A DNA stretch of 64,000 nt. Origin: Betaproteobacteria bacterium (GTDB lineage: Bacteria; Pseudomonadota; Gammaproteobacteria; Burkholderiales; SG8-39). A model generated the notes under the pieces. That model did not search any database. It was not told the DNA's origin and saw only the letters and a program-made list of their open reading frames with translations. Shown piece after piece: positions 32,075 to 41,271 of this stretch. The stretch's first letter is position 1, and each line of letters begins with the position of its first letter. The DNA lies in NCBI GenBank assembly GCA_022340705.1, contig JAJDNJ010000143.1:17095-81094 (forward strand), written 5' to 3'. The position numbers and the translations under genes were made by a program.

Positions 32075-33413
32075 CCCGGTCGAGTACGCGCTCGATCGTC
32101 GCCGCCACGGCAAGCACCTGCCGGTCGGCGAGCGCACTGCCCGCGACCATGAGTCCGACCGGTGCAGTGCCCGGCGCATGGCAGGGCAGCGTCGCCGCAC
32201 AGCCGTCGAGGAAGTTGATCAGCCCCACATTGCGCATCACGCGCAGGATCCAGCGGAAGTAGTCTTCGTCCCGCGCGCCCGCCTCTGCCAGGGTCGGCGG
32301 CACGCTCGGGACCGTCGGCATGAGCATGGCGTCGTACGGCGCCGCGATCGCTCCCACCTCGCGCATGAACGCCTGGCGCAGCATGCCGAGCTCGACATAG
32401 TCCCCGGCCGAATAGTCCTTGAACATGAGTATCCGCTTGCCGACGCGCGGGTCGAACTCGTCGATCCGTGCAAGGCGCTCGCGGTGAATGGCATACGATT
32501 CCGCGCCGGCGAATCCCCCGCCCTTGAAGTACTGGTCCTGCCGGTCGAACGCCGGCACCGGCACCTCGCTGAGCACCGCTCCCGCCGCCGACAGCTGCTT
32601 CAGCGCGCCCTCGAAGTCTGCGCCCACTTTCGCGTCCAGATCCTCGAGTGCGCTCGATCGAGGCAGAAGCAGCCGAAGTCCCTTGACGGGCAGATCCGCC
32701 AGAGGCTCCGGCGGCTCGCCCGCGAGGACCGCGTCGTAAGCCGCGCAGCAGGCGATGCTGTTTGCCAGCGGACCGACGGAATCGAGCGTAAACGACAGCG
32801 GGAAAACGCCATCGCGCGGGATGCGCCGCGCGGTGGGCTTGAATCCAGCAACGCCGCACAATGCCGCCGGGACGCGCACCGAACCGCGCGTGTCACTGCC
32901 GAGCGCCATCACACACATGCCGTCGGCCTGGGCGACCGCGGCACCGCAGGAGGAACCGCCGGGCACGCGCCCGGTGGCGCGGTCCCAGGGGTTGCGCGGC
33001 GTGCCGTAGTGCGGATTGAACCCGAGCGGCCCGAACGCGAATTCCACCATGTTGGTGCGGCCGACGATCACCGCGCCCGCCGCACGCAGGCGCGCGACGA
33101 CGGGAGCATCCACCTGCGCCGCGGGCGCATCGGCGAGAATTTTCGATCCCGCGCGCGTCACGTCGCCGCCCACGTCGAACAGATCCTTGATCGAAACCGG
33201 CAGTCCGTCGACCGGCGAACGGCGCAATCCTGCCGCGCGCAGGCGGTCGGAAAATTCGGCCTCGGCACGCGCGGTATCGCCATAGATCTTGAGAAATGCA
33301 CGCGCGCCTTCTCCGGCCGGATCGGCGATACGCTCGAGCGCTTCCTCGAGCAACTTGCAGCTCGACGTCCTACCGGACGCCAGATCTGCGCCAAGCTTGG
33401 CAACGGTCCACAT
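32067..33413 (-). CDS. amidase-signature (AS) family hydrolase
   Basis: 448 aa. The Ser-cisSer-Lys triad context is present: PVSIKDLFDV, GGSSCGAAVA, GSDTRGSVRVPAALCG. Confidence 0.85.
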   Translation of the reverse strand: MWTVAKLGADLASGRTSSCKLLEEALERIADPAGEGARAFLKIYGDTARAEAEFSDRLRAAGLRRSPVDGLPVSIKDLFDVGGDVTRAGSKILADAPAAQVDAPVVARLRAAGAVIVGRTNMVEFAFGPLGFNPHYGTPRNPWDRATGRVPGGSSCGAAVAQADGMCVMALGSDTRGSVRVPAALCGVAGFKPTARRIPRDGVFPLSFTLDSVGPLANSIACCAAYDAVLAGEPPEPLADLPVKGLRLLLPRSSALEDLDAKVGADFEGALKQLSAAGAVLSEVPVPAFDRQDQYFKGGGFAGAESYAIHRERLARIDEFDPRVGKRILMFKDYSAGDYVELGMLRQAFMREVGAIAAPYDAMLMPTVPSVPPTLAEAGARDEDYFRWILRVMRNVGLINFLDGCAATLPCHAPGTAPVGLMVAGSALADRQVLAVAATIERVLDRGG

Positions 33414-33564
33414 CGGCGGAGTCCTTTGGCGCGGTCGCGCGGAATGTCGCGACGATTGTCACGGCGGCCTCGCGGGAACGTCAAGGCGCGTCGCTTACGC
33501 TGTATGGTCGGCCGCGCCGCTGCCGCATAATCCGTCCCGTCCGCAGGCCACGCAGAGATTTCCG

Positions 33565-34266
33565 ATGCGGCTCGACACCGTCCGCCAGCTGGCTTCCGCG
33601 CTGTTCGGCGGTCGCTGCTATCTCTGCCGCGGCGCGGCCGACGCAGGGCAGCCGCTATGCGCCCCGTGTCTGGCCGATCTGCCGCGTCTTGGAGGGCCGC
33701 GATGCCCGCGCTGTGCCCTGCCGAGTCCGGCCGCTGCGCTTTGCGGCAGCTGCCTGGCGCGGCCACCCCATTACGACGCGAGCTTCGCAGCGCTCGACTA
33801 CCGGTTTCCGGCCGACGTCCTCATCCAGGGGCTGAAATACCGTGCCGAGCTCGCTCTCGCACCGGTCCTCGCGGATTTGCTCGGCAAGGCGCTGCCCGCC
33901 GACGAATGGATCGACATCGCCCTTCCGGTACCGCTCTCGAGCGCGCGTCTGCGCGAGCGCGGCTACAACCAGGCGATGGAAATCGCGCGCACGCTGCCCG
34001 GGCGCCATCGTCTGGAGCCCGCGCTCTGCGAGCGCGTGCGCGATACGCGTGCGCAGAGCGAGCTGCCCTGGTCCGAGCGCGTTCGCAACCTGCGCGGCGC
34101 ATTCCGCTGCGAACGTGCGCTCGACGGGCTGACGCTCGCCGTCGTCGATGACGTGATGACCACCGGCGCGACGCTTGACGCGGTTGCGGCCGCGTTGAAG
34201 CGCGCCGGCGCCGCGCGTGTGGTCAACTGGGTCGTGGCGCGAACCCTGCCGCCACGGGAGGCCTAG
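33565..34266 (+). CDS. comF: ComF family protein (phosphoribosyltransferase-like)
   Basis: ATG 33565. N-terminal Cys pairs (CYLC...CAPC...CPRC...CGSC) and a C-terminal PRTase loop LAVVDDVMTTGATL. Confidence 0.82.
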   Translation: MRLDTVRQLASALFGGRCYLCRGAADAGQPLCAPCLADLPRLGGPRCPRCALPSPAAALCGSCLARPPHYDASFAALDYRFPADVLIQGLKYRAELALAPVLADLLGKALPADEWIDIALPVPLSSARLRERGYNQAMEIARTLPGRHRLEPALCERVRDTRAQSELPWSERVRNLRGAFRCERALDGLTLAVVDDVMTTGATLDAVAAALKRAGAARVVNWVVARTLPPREA

Positions 34267-34268
34267 GG

Positions 34269-34763
34269 ATGTTCGACGTCGTCCTGCTCGCACCCGAGAT
34301 TCCCCCGAATACGGGCAACGTTATTCGTCTTGCGGCGAATACCGGCGTGCGGCTGCACCTTGTCGAGCCGCTTGGCTTCTCGCTCGACGACCGACAGCTC
34401 AGGCGCGCCGGTCTCGACTACCATGACCTCGCTCAGACACGCGTCCATGCGTCTTGGGCCGCCTGTCGCGCGGCACTCGAGGGCCGCCGGCTGTTCGCGC
34501 TCACGACGCGCGGCACGCGTCGTTACACCGATGTCGCCTACGCAGCCGACGACGTACTTTTGTTCGGCACGGAGACGCGCGGGCTGCCCGAGGACGTTCT
34601 GGGCTCGATCGAGACGGCGCGGCGCCTGCGGCTGCCGATGCGCGCCGCGAATCGCAGCCTGAACCTGTCGAACGCGGTCGCAGTGGTGGTCTACGAAGCC
34701 TGGCGCCAGCTTGGCTTTGCGGGCGCCGCGAACTGCGGGGCGCCGCTTCGCTCGTCAGACTAG
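34269..34763 (+). CDS. trmL: tRNA (cytidine/uridine34-2'-O)-methyltransferase, SpoU/TrmL family
   Basis: 164 aa, IPPNTGNVIRLAANTG...LLFGTETRGLP...SLNLSNAVAVVVYEA. Confidence 0.88.
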   Translation: MFDVVLLAPEIPPNTGNVIRLAANTGVRLHLVEPLGFSLDDRQLRRAGLDYHDLAQTRVHASWAACRAALEGRRLFALTTRGTRRYTDVAYAADDVLLFGTETRGLPEDVLGSIETARRLRLPMRAANRSLNLSNAVAVVVYEAWRQLGFAGAANCGAPLRSSD

Positions 34764-35776
34764 CCCTCCAGCCGCTCGCTGCGCGCGTCGCGCGCCAGCA
34801 GGCGCTCCGCGGCAGCCGCAGGATCGAGCCCGCCCTCGAGCACGTCGCACACCGCGGCGGCAATCGGCATGTCGATTTGCCGGGCACTGGCCAGACGCAG
34901 GGCCTCGCGCGCGCTGCGCACGCCTTCGGCGACATGACCAAGCTCCTCCAGCGCTGCATCGAGGGACTTCCCACGGGCCAGCTCGAGCCCGACGCGCCGG
35001 TTGCGCGAAAGGTCTCCGGTTGCCGTCAGAAACAGGTCGCCCACGCCCGCAAGGCCGTGAAAGGTCTCGGCCCGCCCGCCGAGCGCGACGCCGAGCCGCG
35101 TGATCTCGGCCAAGCCGCGCGTCACCAGGGCGGCACGCGCGTTCTGCCCCAGCGCAAGACCATCGCACAGCCCAACGGCGATTGCGATCACGTTCTTGAG
35201 CGCTCCGCCGAGCTCGACACCGATCAGGTCATCGCTGTAGTACACGCGGATGCGGCCGCCGTGCACCTGGGCGGCCGCGGCGCGCGCGAACGCGGCGTCA
35301 CGCGCCGCCAGGGTCAGCGCGCAGGGCAGGCCGCGCGCGACCTCAAGCGCGAACGACGGCCCCGAGAGCGCACCGCAGCGCGCGTGCGCACCGAACGCTT
35401 CCTCCACGATCTCGTGCGGCAAGCGGCCGCTGCCCTGCTCAAACCCTTTGCATAGCCACACGAGACCAGGCGCCGGATCGAGCCCGAGCGCGGCGAGCCG
35501 TGAGACCAGATCGCGCAATCCCGCCACCGGCGTGGCGAGAAGCAGCAGCGCGGCGCCTTCGACCGCCTGGGCCAGATCCGCAGACACCGCCAGCTCTTCG
35601 GGAATCGCCACCTCCGGCAAATAGCGCGCGTTGCGCCGCTCGCGCGCGATCGCCACCGCCTGATCCGAATCGCGCGCCCAGAGCACGGCAGCGGCACGTG
35701 TGGCTAGCGAACTGGCGAGCGCCGTTCCCCAGGCGCCGGCGCCGAGGACCGCAACCCGCTTGCCCGCCTCAAGCAT
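34760..35776 (-). CDS. gpsA: NAD(P)H-dependent glycerol-3-phosphate dehydrogenase
   Basis: 338 aa, VAVLGAGAWGTALA Rossmann motif. secB-gpsA synteny. Confidence 0.94.
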   Translation of the reverse strand: MLEAGKRVAVLGAGAWGTALASSLATRAAAVLWARDSDQAVAIARERRNARYLPEVAIPEELAVSADLAQAVEGAALLLLATPVAGLRDLVSRLAALGLDPAPGLVWLCKGFEQGSGRLPHEIVEEAFGAHARCGALSGPSFALEVARGLPCALTLAARDAAFARAAAAQVHGGRIRVYYSDDLIGVELGGALKNVIAIAVGLCDGLALGQNARAALVTRGLAEITRLGVALGGRAETFHGLAGVGDLFLTATGDLSRNRRVGLELARGKSLDAALEELGHVAEGVRSAREALRLASARQIDMPIAAAVCDVLEGGLDPAAAAERLLARDARSERLEG

Positions 35777-35788
35777 GACGCCGGCGGA

Positions 35789-36223
35789 TCAGGCTCCCCA
35801 GACCTGGATTGCGCGCAGGTAGCCCGTGGTGCCGTCCGCATGACGCACCTGGAGCCAGCCGCCGGGCGCCGTGCCGATCAGATCGAGAACGACGTTCTGG
35901 GCGACGACAAAGGCGATCGGCGCCAGATCCGCCGGCTTGCGGCGGACCTCGGCGGTCGCCGTGACGACGAGCACTGTGCGCTTGTCCGAGAGCTGGCGTT
36001 TCTCGATCCAGCTCAGCGTTCCCGTCTGGTCACGCACCTTCACCCAGGCTTCGAGATTGACGATGACCTCGAGCGGATAGTCGTGCGAGACGACCCACAG
36101 CGGCGTCGCGGCACGTGACGGCGCGTCGTACAGCACGGCAGTCTCATCGGCCACGCTGCGGAAATCCGCGCCGGACGCGGCTTGCGCGACGACGAGGCCG
36201 AGCACGGCAAGCAGCGCGCGCAT
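35789..36223 (-). CDS. secreted bacterial SH3-domain protein
   Basis: I prefer ATG 36223 (MRALLAVLGLVVAQAASGADF). Two SH3b-like halves (...LEAWVKVRDQTGTLSWI, ...GGWLQVRHADGTTGYL). Confidence 0.6.
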   Translation of the reverse strand: MRALLAVLGLVVAQAASGADFRSVADETAVLYDAPSRAATPLWVVSHDYPLEVIVNLEAWVKVRDQTGTLSWIEKRQLSDKRTVLVVTATAEVRRKPADLAPIAFVVAQNVVLDLIGTAPGGWLQVRHADGTTGYLRAIQVWGA

Positions 36224-36227
36224 CGCG

Positions 36228-36683
36228 CTAGCTCGCAATCTCGATGCGCGCATCGTCCCCGCTCTGCTGCATGCGCTGCGCGTAAATCGCCTCGAACGAC
36301 ACCGGTGCGAGTACGACCGGCGGAAACCCGGCGCGCGTCACCATGTCCGATACCGTTTCGCGCGCGTAGGGGTAGAGAATGGTCGGGCAACCGATGCCGA
36401 GCAGCGGCCCCATTTCCGTCTCTGGCACATTGGCGATCTGGAAGAGCCCGGCCTGAACCGCCTCGACCAGGAACAGGGTGCGCTCGCCCACCCTCGCGGT
36501 CACCGTCACCCCGACCGTGACCTCGAAGATGCTGTCCGCGACCTTCGTCGCGTCGTTCGCGATCTGCACCTCGAGCTGGGGCTGATCGGGCTGCAGGAAG
36601 GCCTGCGGCGCATTCGGCAGCTCGAGAGAAAGATCCTTGACGTAGATCTTCTCGATCTGAAATGTCGGTTCGCTCTCGCTCAT
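36228..36683 (-). CDS. secB: protein-export chaperone SecB
   Basis: 151 aa, FQIEKIYVKDLSLELPNAPQAF. Confidence 0.95.
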   Translation of the reverse strand: MSESEPTFQIEKIYVKDLSLELPNAPQAFLQPDQPQLEVQIANDATKVADSIFEVTVGVTVTARVGERTLFLVEAVQAGLFQIANVPETEMGPLLGIGCPTILYPYARETVSDMVTRAGFPPVVLAPVSFEAIYAQRMQQSGDDARIEIAS

Positions 36684-36743
36684 CTTGAAGCTCCTTACCG
36701 GGAATGTGGCGCCTCGACGCGTGCCGTCGCGACCGCGTCCCGT

Positions 36744-37001
36744 TTACGCCGCCAGCAACTCGTCGAGCGCGCCGTCGGACTCGAGTTCGTACAGCTCGTC
36801 GCAGCCGCCGACGTGGCGCGCGCCGATCCAGATCTGCGGAACGGTGCGTCGCCCCGAACGCTGCAACATCTCCGTGCGGCGTGCCGGCTCGAGATCGACG
36901 CGAATTTTTTCGATTTCGCGCACACCCTTCTTCTCAAGCAGACGCTCGGCCGCGTGGCAGTACGGGCAGCTGCCCGTACAGTACATCAGGACGTGCGCCA
37001 T
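36744..37001 (-). CDS. grxC: glutaredoxin 3
   Basis: 85 aa from ATG 37001. MAHVLMYCTGSCPYCHAAERLL (CPYC) and TVPQIWIG...GGCDEL. Confidence 0.9.
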   Translation of the reverse strand: MAHVLMYCTGSCPYCHAAERLLEKKGVREIEKIRVDLEPARRTEMLQRSGRRTVPQIWIGARHVGGCDELYELESDGALDELLAA

Positions 37002-37002
37002 C

Positions 37003-37419
37003 CTACTTTTCGATCGGCAAGCCCGCCTGCAGCCAAGCGGCAAATCCACCCGACAGGTTGAAGACGTTGGCGTAGCCCTGCTTGCGCAGGATCGCCGCCG
37101 CCTGCTGCGACTGGTTTCCGCGACCGCAGTACACGATGATCGGCTTTTCCTTGTTCTTGCGCAGCTCCGGGCCCCGTTCGCCGAGCTGGGCGAGCGGCAC
37201 CGCGCGCGCGCCGAGAATCTTGCCCTGTGCAACTTCGGCCGCGTCGCGCACGTCGACCACCAACGCGTCCTCACGATTGATGCACTGGGTCGCCCGCAAG
37301 GTGTCGACCGAATGCCCGCCGCCGCCGCCGCCGCGCCGCAACAAGGGCAGGATGAGCATCACGCCCGAAACAACCGCGACGGCGATCAGCAGGATGTTGT
37401 CACGCGCAAATTCGAGCAT
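37003..37419 (-). CDS. membrane-anchored rhodanese-domain sulfurtransferase
   Basis: 138 aa. N-terminal TM (ILLIAVAVVSGVMLILPLL). Active-site loop IIVYCGRGNQS. Confidence 0.85.
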   Translation of the reverse strand: MLEFARDNILLIAVAVVSGVMLILPLLRRGGGGGGHSVDTLRATQCINREDALVVDVRDAAEVAQGKILGARAVPLAQLGERGPELRKNKEKPIIVYCGRGNQSQQAAAILRKQGYANVFNLSGGFAAWLQAGLPIEK

Positions 37420-37447
37420 TCGGACGGTCCCGGCGTAGGCCGGGCGT

Positions 37448-37768
37448 TCAGGGCAGCGGTTCGCTGCAGTACACCTCGCGCATCATGCCGAGCAGCTGCA
37501 GAGTGCGCTCGTCGCCGACCCGGTAGTACACCCGGTTCGCGTCCTTGCGCGCGCGCAGCACCCCCTTGTCGCGCAAGATCGCAAGATGCTGGGAAATGTT
37601 TGACTGCGAGGTGCCCACGGCATCCACGATGTCCTGGACACTCACCTCGCTCCCGCCCAGCACGCACAAAATCTTGAGCCGCAGCGGATGCGCCATCGCC
37701 TTCATGGCCCGGGCAGCGAGCTCGATGTGCTCGGCTTTCTCGATCAGGTCGAATGTCTCGCGCTTCAT
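37448..37768 (-). CDS. ArsR/SmtB-family regulator of the two-cysteine YgaV/BigR/SqrR type
   Basis: 106 aa. wHTH ...[16 protein letters not shown]. Cys in LKILCVL and a C-terminal EVYCS, matching E. coli YgaV LLILCML/NVYCP from memory. Confidence 0.8.
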   Translation of the reverse strand: MKRETFDLIEKAEHIELAARAMKAMAHPLRLKILCVLGGSEVSVQDIVDAVGTSQSNISQHLAILRDKGVLRARKDANRVYYRVGDERTLQLLGMMREVYCSEPLP

Positions 37769-37792
37769 GGGGCCATCGTGGTCAAAGGACGC

Positions 37793-37802
37793 ATTATAGA
37801 AT
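37793..37802. promoter_or_regulatory. overlapping back-to-back candidate -10 hexamers in the ArsR/gpmA divergent region
   Basis: The plus strand reads ATTATAGAAT: TAGAAT (37797-37802) faces gpmA, and the minus strand reads TATAAT (37798-37793) facing the ArsR gene. Confidence 0.3.
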
Positions 37803-37827
37803 AGGGTTCCGTTTGCAAGCTTCGATC

Positions 37828-38589
37828 ATGCCTGCACCCACCTACACTCTCGTGCTGCTGCGCCACGGCGAGTCCGAGTGGAACCGCGAGAATCGATTTA
37901 CCGGCTGGACCGATGTCGACCTCTCGCCGGCTGGTGTCGCCGAGGCGCGCAGGGCGGGCGAGCTGTTGAACGCCGAAGGATTCCGCTTCGACCTCGCCTA
38001 CACCTCGGTTCTCAAGCGTGCCATCCGTACCCTGTGGCTCACGCTCGACGTCATGGATCTCATGTGGATTCCGGTCGAAAAGAGCTGGCGCCTGAACGAG
38101 CGCCACTACGGAGCGCTTCAGGGGCTCAACAAGGCGGAGACCGCCGCCAAGTTCGGCGATGCGCAGGTGCTCAGCTGGCGGCGCAGCTACGACACGCCGC
38201 CGCCGGCGCTCGAGCCAGGCGATCCGCGCCATGCGGGCTCCGATCCGCGCTACGCGTCGCTCCCACCGGCCGAGGTGCCGCTCACCGAATGTCTCAAGGA
38301 CACCGTTGCGCGCGTTCTGCCCTACTGGGAGTCGGCCCTTGCGCCCTCGATCCGGGCGGGACGCCGGGTGCTGATCGCCGCGCACGGCAACTCGATGCGC
38401 GCCCTGGTCAAGTACCTGGACGCAATGGGCGACGCGGAGATCGTCGGCCTGAACATTCCAACCGGCGTGCCCCTGGTCTACGAACTCGACGCGTCGCTGA
38501 AACCGCTTGGCCACCGTTATCTGGGGGATGCCGCGGAGGTTGCGCAGCGCATCGCCGCGGTTTCCGCACAGGGCAAGGCGAAAGCCTGA
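37828..38589 (+). CDS. gpmA: 2,3-bisphosphoglycerate-dependent phosphoglycerate mutase
   Basis: ATG 37828. [25 protein letters not shown]. Confidence 0.95.
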   Translation: MPAPTYTLVLLRHGESEWNRENRFTGWTDVDLSPAGVAEARRAGELLNAEGFRFDLAYTSVLKRAIRTLWLTLDVMDLMWIPVEKSWRLNERHYGALQGLNKAETAAKFGDAQVLSWRRSYDTPPPALEPGDPRHAGSDPRYASLPPAEVPLTECLKDTVARVLPYWESALAPSIRAGRRVLIAAHGNSMRALVKYLDAMGDAEIVGLNIPTGVPLVYELDASLKPLGHRYLGDAAEVAQRIAAVSAQGKAKA

Positions 38590-39791
38590 GGCTCGCGCAC
38601 CTCGCGGTATTCCTGCTCGCCGTGCTCGCTCTCGCAGCGGGGCGCGAGGTCCGCGCGGACGCGCCGCGCACGAAAGCCGAGGCCGACGCCCGCGCGCGCG
38701 ATCTGGCCGAACTCCGCGCGCGGATCGCCAAGATGAAGTCCGCACTGGACAAGAAGGAAGCCTCGCAGCGCGAGGCGCGCGACTTGCTACGCGATTCCGA
38801 GCACGCGATCTCCGAGGTCAATCGGACGCTGGCGACGCTCGAGACCGAGGCCAGAGCACTGCGCAAGTCTGCGTCCACGATCGATGCCCGGCGCCGTGCG
38901 CTGGCGGCGGAAATCGGCCAGCAGCAGGCCGCCATCGCGCGCTTGCTCGCGGCACGGCACGCGGCGGGCGCACCGGATGCACTGCGTCTGGCGCTGTCCG
39001 GCACCGATCCCGGAGAGGTGGCGCGCAAACTCTACTACCTCGCTCAGCTCTCACGCGCCCGCGCCGAGGTCATCGCGTCCTATCGCGCGGACGTCGCCGA
39101 GCTCGAGGCGCTGCGACGCGAGGCCGAAGCGAAAGCCGAGCGCCTGGGACAGGTCCGGCACCAGGAGCGCGACGAGCGCGAGCGACTGCTGGCCGAGCAG
39201 CGCGCCCGGCGCAAGGTGCTCGACCAGGTTGCGGACGAAATCCGTCGCAACCGCCGTCAGATGCGGGTGTTGCGCGCGGACGAGGCGCGCCTCGCCAAGC
39301 TGGTCGAGGAAATCGGCCGCCTGCTCGCCGCGCGCCCTGGTGCCAGTGTGGTCACCATTCAGAAAAGTCCCGGAGCGGGAACCGGGGGCGGCAGCCTGGC
39401 GGCGCAGCGTGGACAGCTGCGGCTCCCGGTGCGTGGGGAACTCGTAGGCCGCTACGGCGCTCCAAGGGAAGCGTCGGGCGCGGCGGCAAAAGGGTTGTTT
39501 ATCCGGGCAAAAGAGGGCACGCCGGTCACCGCCATCGCCCACGGGCAAGTGGTGTTCGCCGATTGGATGCGGGGTTTTGGCAATCTTTTAATCATTGACC
39601 ACGGCGACGACTATCTCTCGATTTACGCTTACAACGAAGCGCTGCTGAAGCAGGTGGGCGACCCGGTCGCAATGGGTGAGAGGATTGCCATCGTTGGCTC
39701 GAGCGGGGGCCGCGAGCAATCGGGTTTATACTTTGAAATGCGGCACTTGGGTAAGACCTTTGACCCGATGGCTTGGGTTCAGAGGAACTGA
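38586..39791 (+). CDS. EnvC-like murein hydrolase activator (coiled coil plus M23/LytM domain); start codon uncertain
   Basis: C-terminal LytM domain ([17 protein letters not shown]...[14 protein letters not shown]) after a long coiled coil. The only start that yields a signal peptide ([23 protein letters not shown]) is CTG 38586, which overlaps the gpmA TGA. Confidence 0.7.
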   Translation: MRLAHLAVFLLAVLALAAGREVRADAPRTKAEADARARDLAELRARIAKMKSALDKKEASQREARDLLRDSEHAISEVNRTLATLETEARALRKSASTIDARRRALAAEIGQQQAAIARLLAARHAAGAPDALRLALSGTDPGEVARKLYYLAQLSRARAEVIASYRADVAELEALRREAEAKAERLGQVRHQERDERERLLAEQRARRKVLDQVADEIRRNRRQMRVLRADEARLAKLVEEIGRLLAARPGASVVTIQKSPGAGTGGGSLAAQRGQLRLPVRGELVGRYGAPREASGAAAKGLFIRAKEGTPVTAIAHGQVVFADWMRGFGNLLIIDHGDDYLSIYAYNEALLKQVGDPVAMGERIAIVGSSGGREQSGLYFEMRHLGKTFDPMAWVQRN

Positions 39792-39824
39792 CCGCGGCGC
39801 GGATCGCCGCCGAGGAAACGCACG

Positions 39825-41237
39825 ATGCGCATCAAACTACGCAACATCGGACTGGTTCTGGTCGGCGCCCTTGCGGGCGTGCTGGTCAGCCTCAACTTCC
39901 AGGCGATCGCCGACCGCGCCGAGCGCGAGCCGCTACCGGTCGAAGAGCTGCGCGCCTTCACCGAGGTTTTCGGCGCGATCAAACAGAACTATGTCGAGGA
40001 CGTCGGTGACAAGAGGCTGATCACCGAGGCGATCAACGGCATGCTGACCGGGCTGGATCCGCACTCGGCCTACCTGGACGCCGATGCGTTCAAGGAACTG
40101 CAGGTCGGCACCCAAGGACAGTTCGGCGGCCTGGGAATCGAGGTTGGCATGGAAGACGGCTTCGTGAAGGTCGTCTCTCCGATCGAAGACACGCCGGCGT
40201 TCCGCGCGGGAATCAAGCCGGGCGACCTGATCGTCAAGATCGATGAAACACCGGTCAAGGGCATGACGCTGTCCGACGCGGTCAAGCGGATGCGCGGCAA
40301 GCCGGGCACGCAGATCAAGCTGACGATCTCGCGCCGCGGGCAAACGCGGCCCGTCCTGGTCACTCTGACGCGCGCGATCATCCGCGTGCGCAGCGTCAAG
40401 TCGAAGGTTATCGAACCCGGCTACGGGTGGATTCGCGTCTCTCAATTCCAGGAGTCGACCCCGGAATACCTCGTGCGTCACCTATCCGCGCTGTACAAGC
40501 AAGGCAAGCTGAAAGGCCTCGTGCTCGATCTGCGCAACGATCCGGGCGGGTTGCTGCACGGCGCCGTCGCGATCTCGGCCGCATTCCTGCCTGCCGATGC
40601 GCTCGTCGTGTCGACCGACGGCCGCGCAAGTGACTCGAAGCGCAAGTATTTCGCGAGCGCAGACGACTACCTGCGCGGCGGGCGTGATGACGTGCTCAAG
40701 AATTTGCCGCCCGAGATCAAGTCCGTCCCGATGGTGGTTCTGGTCAACGGCGGTTCGGCGTCGGCCTCCGAGATCGTCGCGGGCGCGCTGCAGGATCACA
40801 AGCGCGCCACGGTCATGGGTACCCAGACCTTCGGCAAAGGTTCGGTACAGACGATCATGCCGCTGGGCAACAACACGGCGATCAAGCTGACCACGGCGCG
40901 CTACTTCACTCCGAGCGGACGCTCGATTCAGGCGAAGGGCATCACCCCGGACGTGATCGTGAAGGAACCGGGCGAGCCGACCGACCGCATTCGCGAAGCC
41001 GACCTCGAGCGTCACCTCGAGGGCGCAGACGAGCGAAAGGCGCAGGACAGTGGCGCCAAGGCGCCGGCGCCAGCCGAAAACGGAGCTGCGAACGAGGCCG
41101 CGCCGCCGCCGAAGCCGATCGAGCTCGGGTCGAAGGATGACTTTCAGCTGCAGCAGGCGCTCTCCTACCTGAAGGGTCTGCCGGTGCTCGCCGCGCCGAA
41201 GCCGAAGACGGTCGCGCAGAACAAGTCGGCGCACTAG
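39825..41237 (+). CDS. carboxy-terminal processing peptidase, S41 family
   Basis: 470 aa. N-terminal TM, a PDZ region (GIEVGMEDGFVKVVSPIEDTPAFRAGIKPGDLI) and the catalytic segment VLVNGGSASASEIVAGAL. Confidence 0.9.
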   Translation: MRIKLRNIGLVLVGALAGVLVSLNFQAIADRAEREPLPVEELRAFTEVFGAIKQNYVEDVGDKRLITEAINGMLTGLDPHSAYLDADAFKELQVGTQGQFGGLGIEVGMEDGFVKVVSPIEDTPAFRAGIKPGDLIVKIDETPVKGMTLSDAVKRMRGKPGTQIKLTISRRGQTRPVLVTLTRAIIRVRSVKSKVIEPGYGWIRVSQFQESTPEYLVRHLSALYKQGKLKGLVLDLRNDPGGLLHGAVAISAAFLPADALVVSTDGRASDSKRKYFASADDYLRGGRDDVLKNLPPEIKSVPMVVLVNGGSASASEIVAGALQDHKRATVMGTQTFGKGSVQTIMPLGNNTAIKLTTARYFTPSGRSIQAKGITPDVIVKEPGEPTDRIREADLERHLEGADERKAQDSGAKAPAPAENGAANEAAPPPKPIELGSKDDFQLQQALSYLKGLPVLAAPKPKTVAQNKSAH

Positions 41238-41271
41238 TCACGCGCAGCGCGCGGCGACCGGCCCCGGTGCC

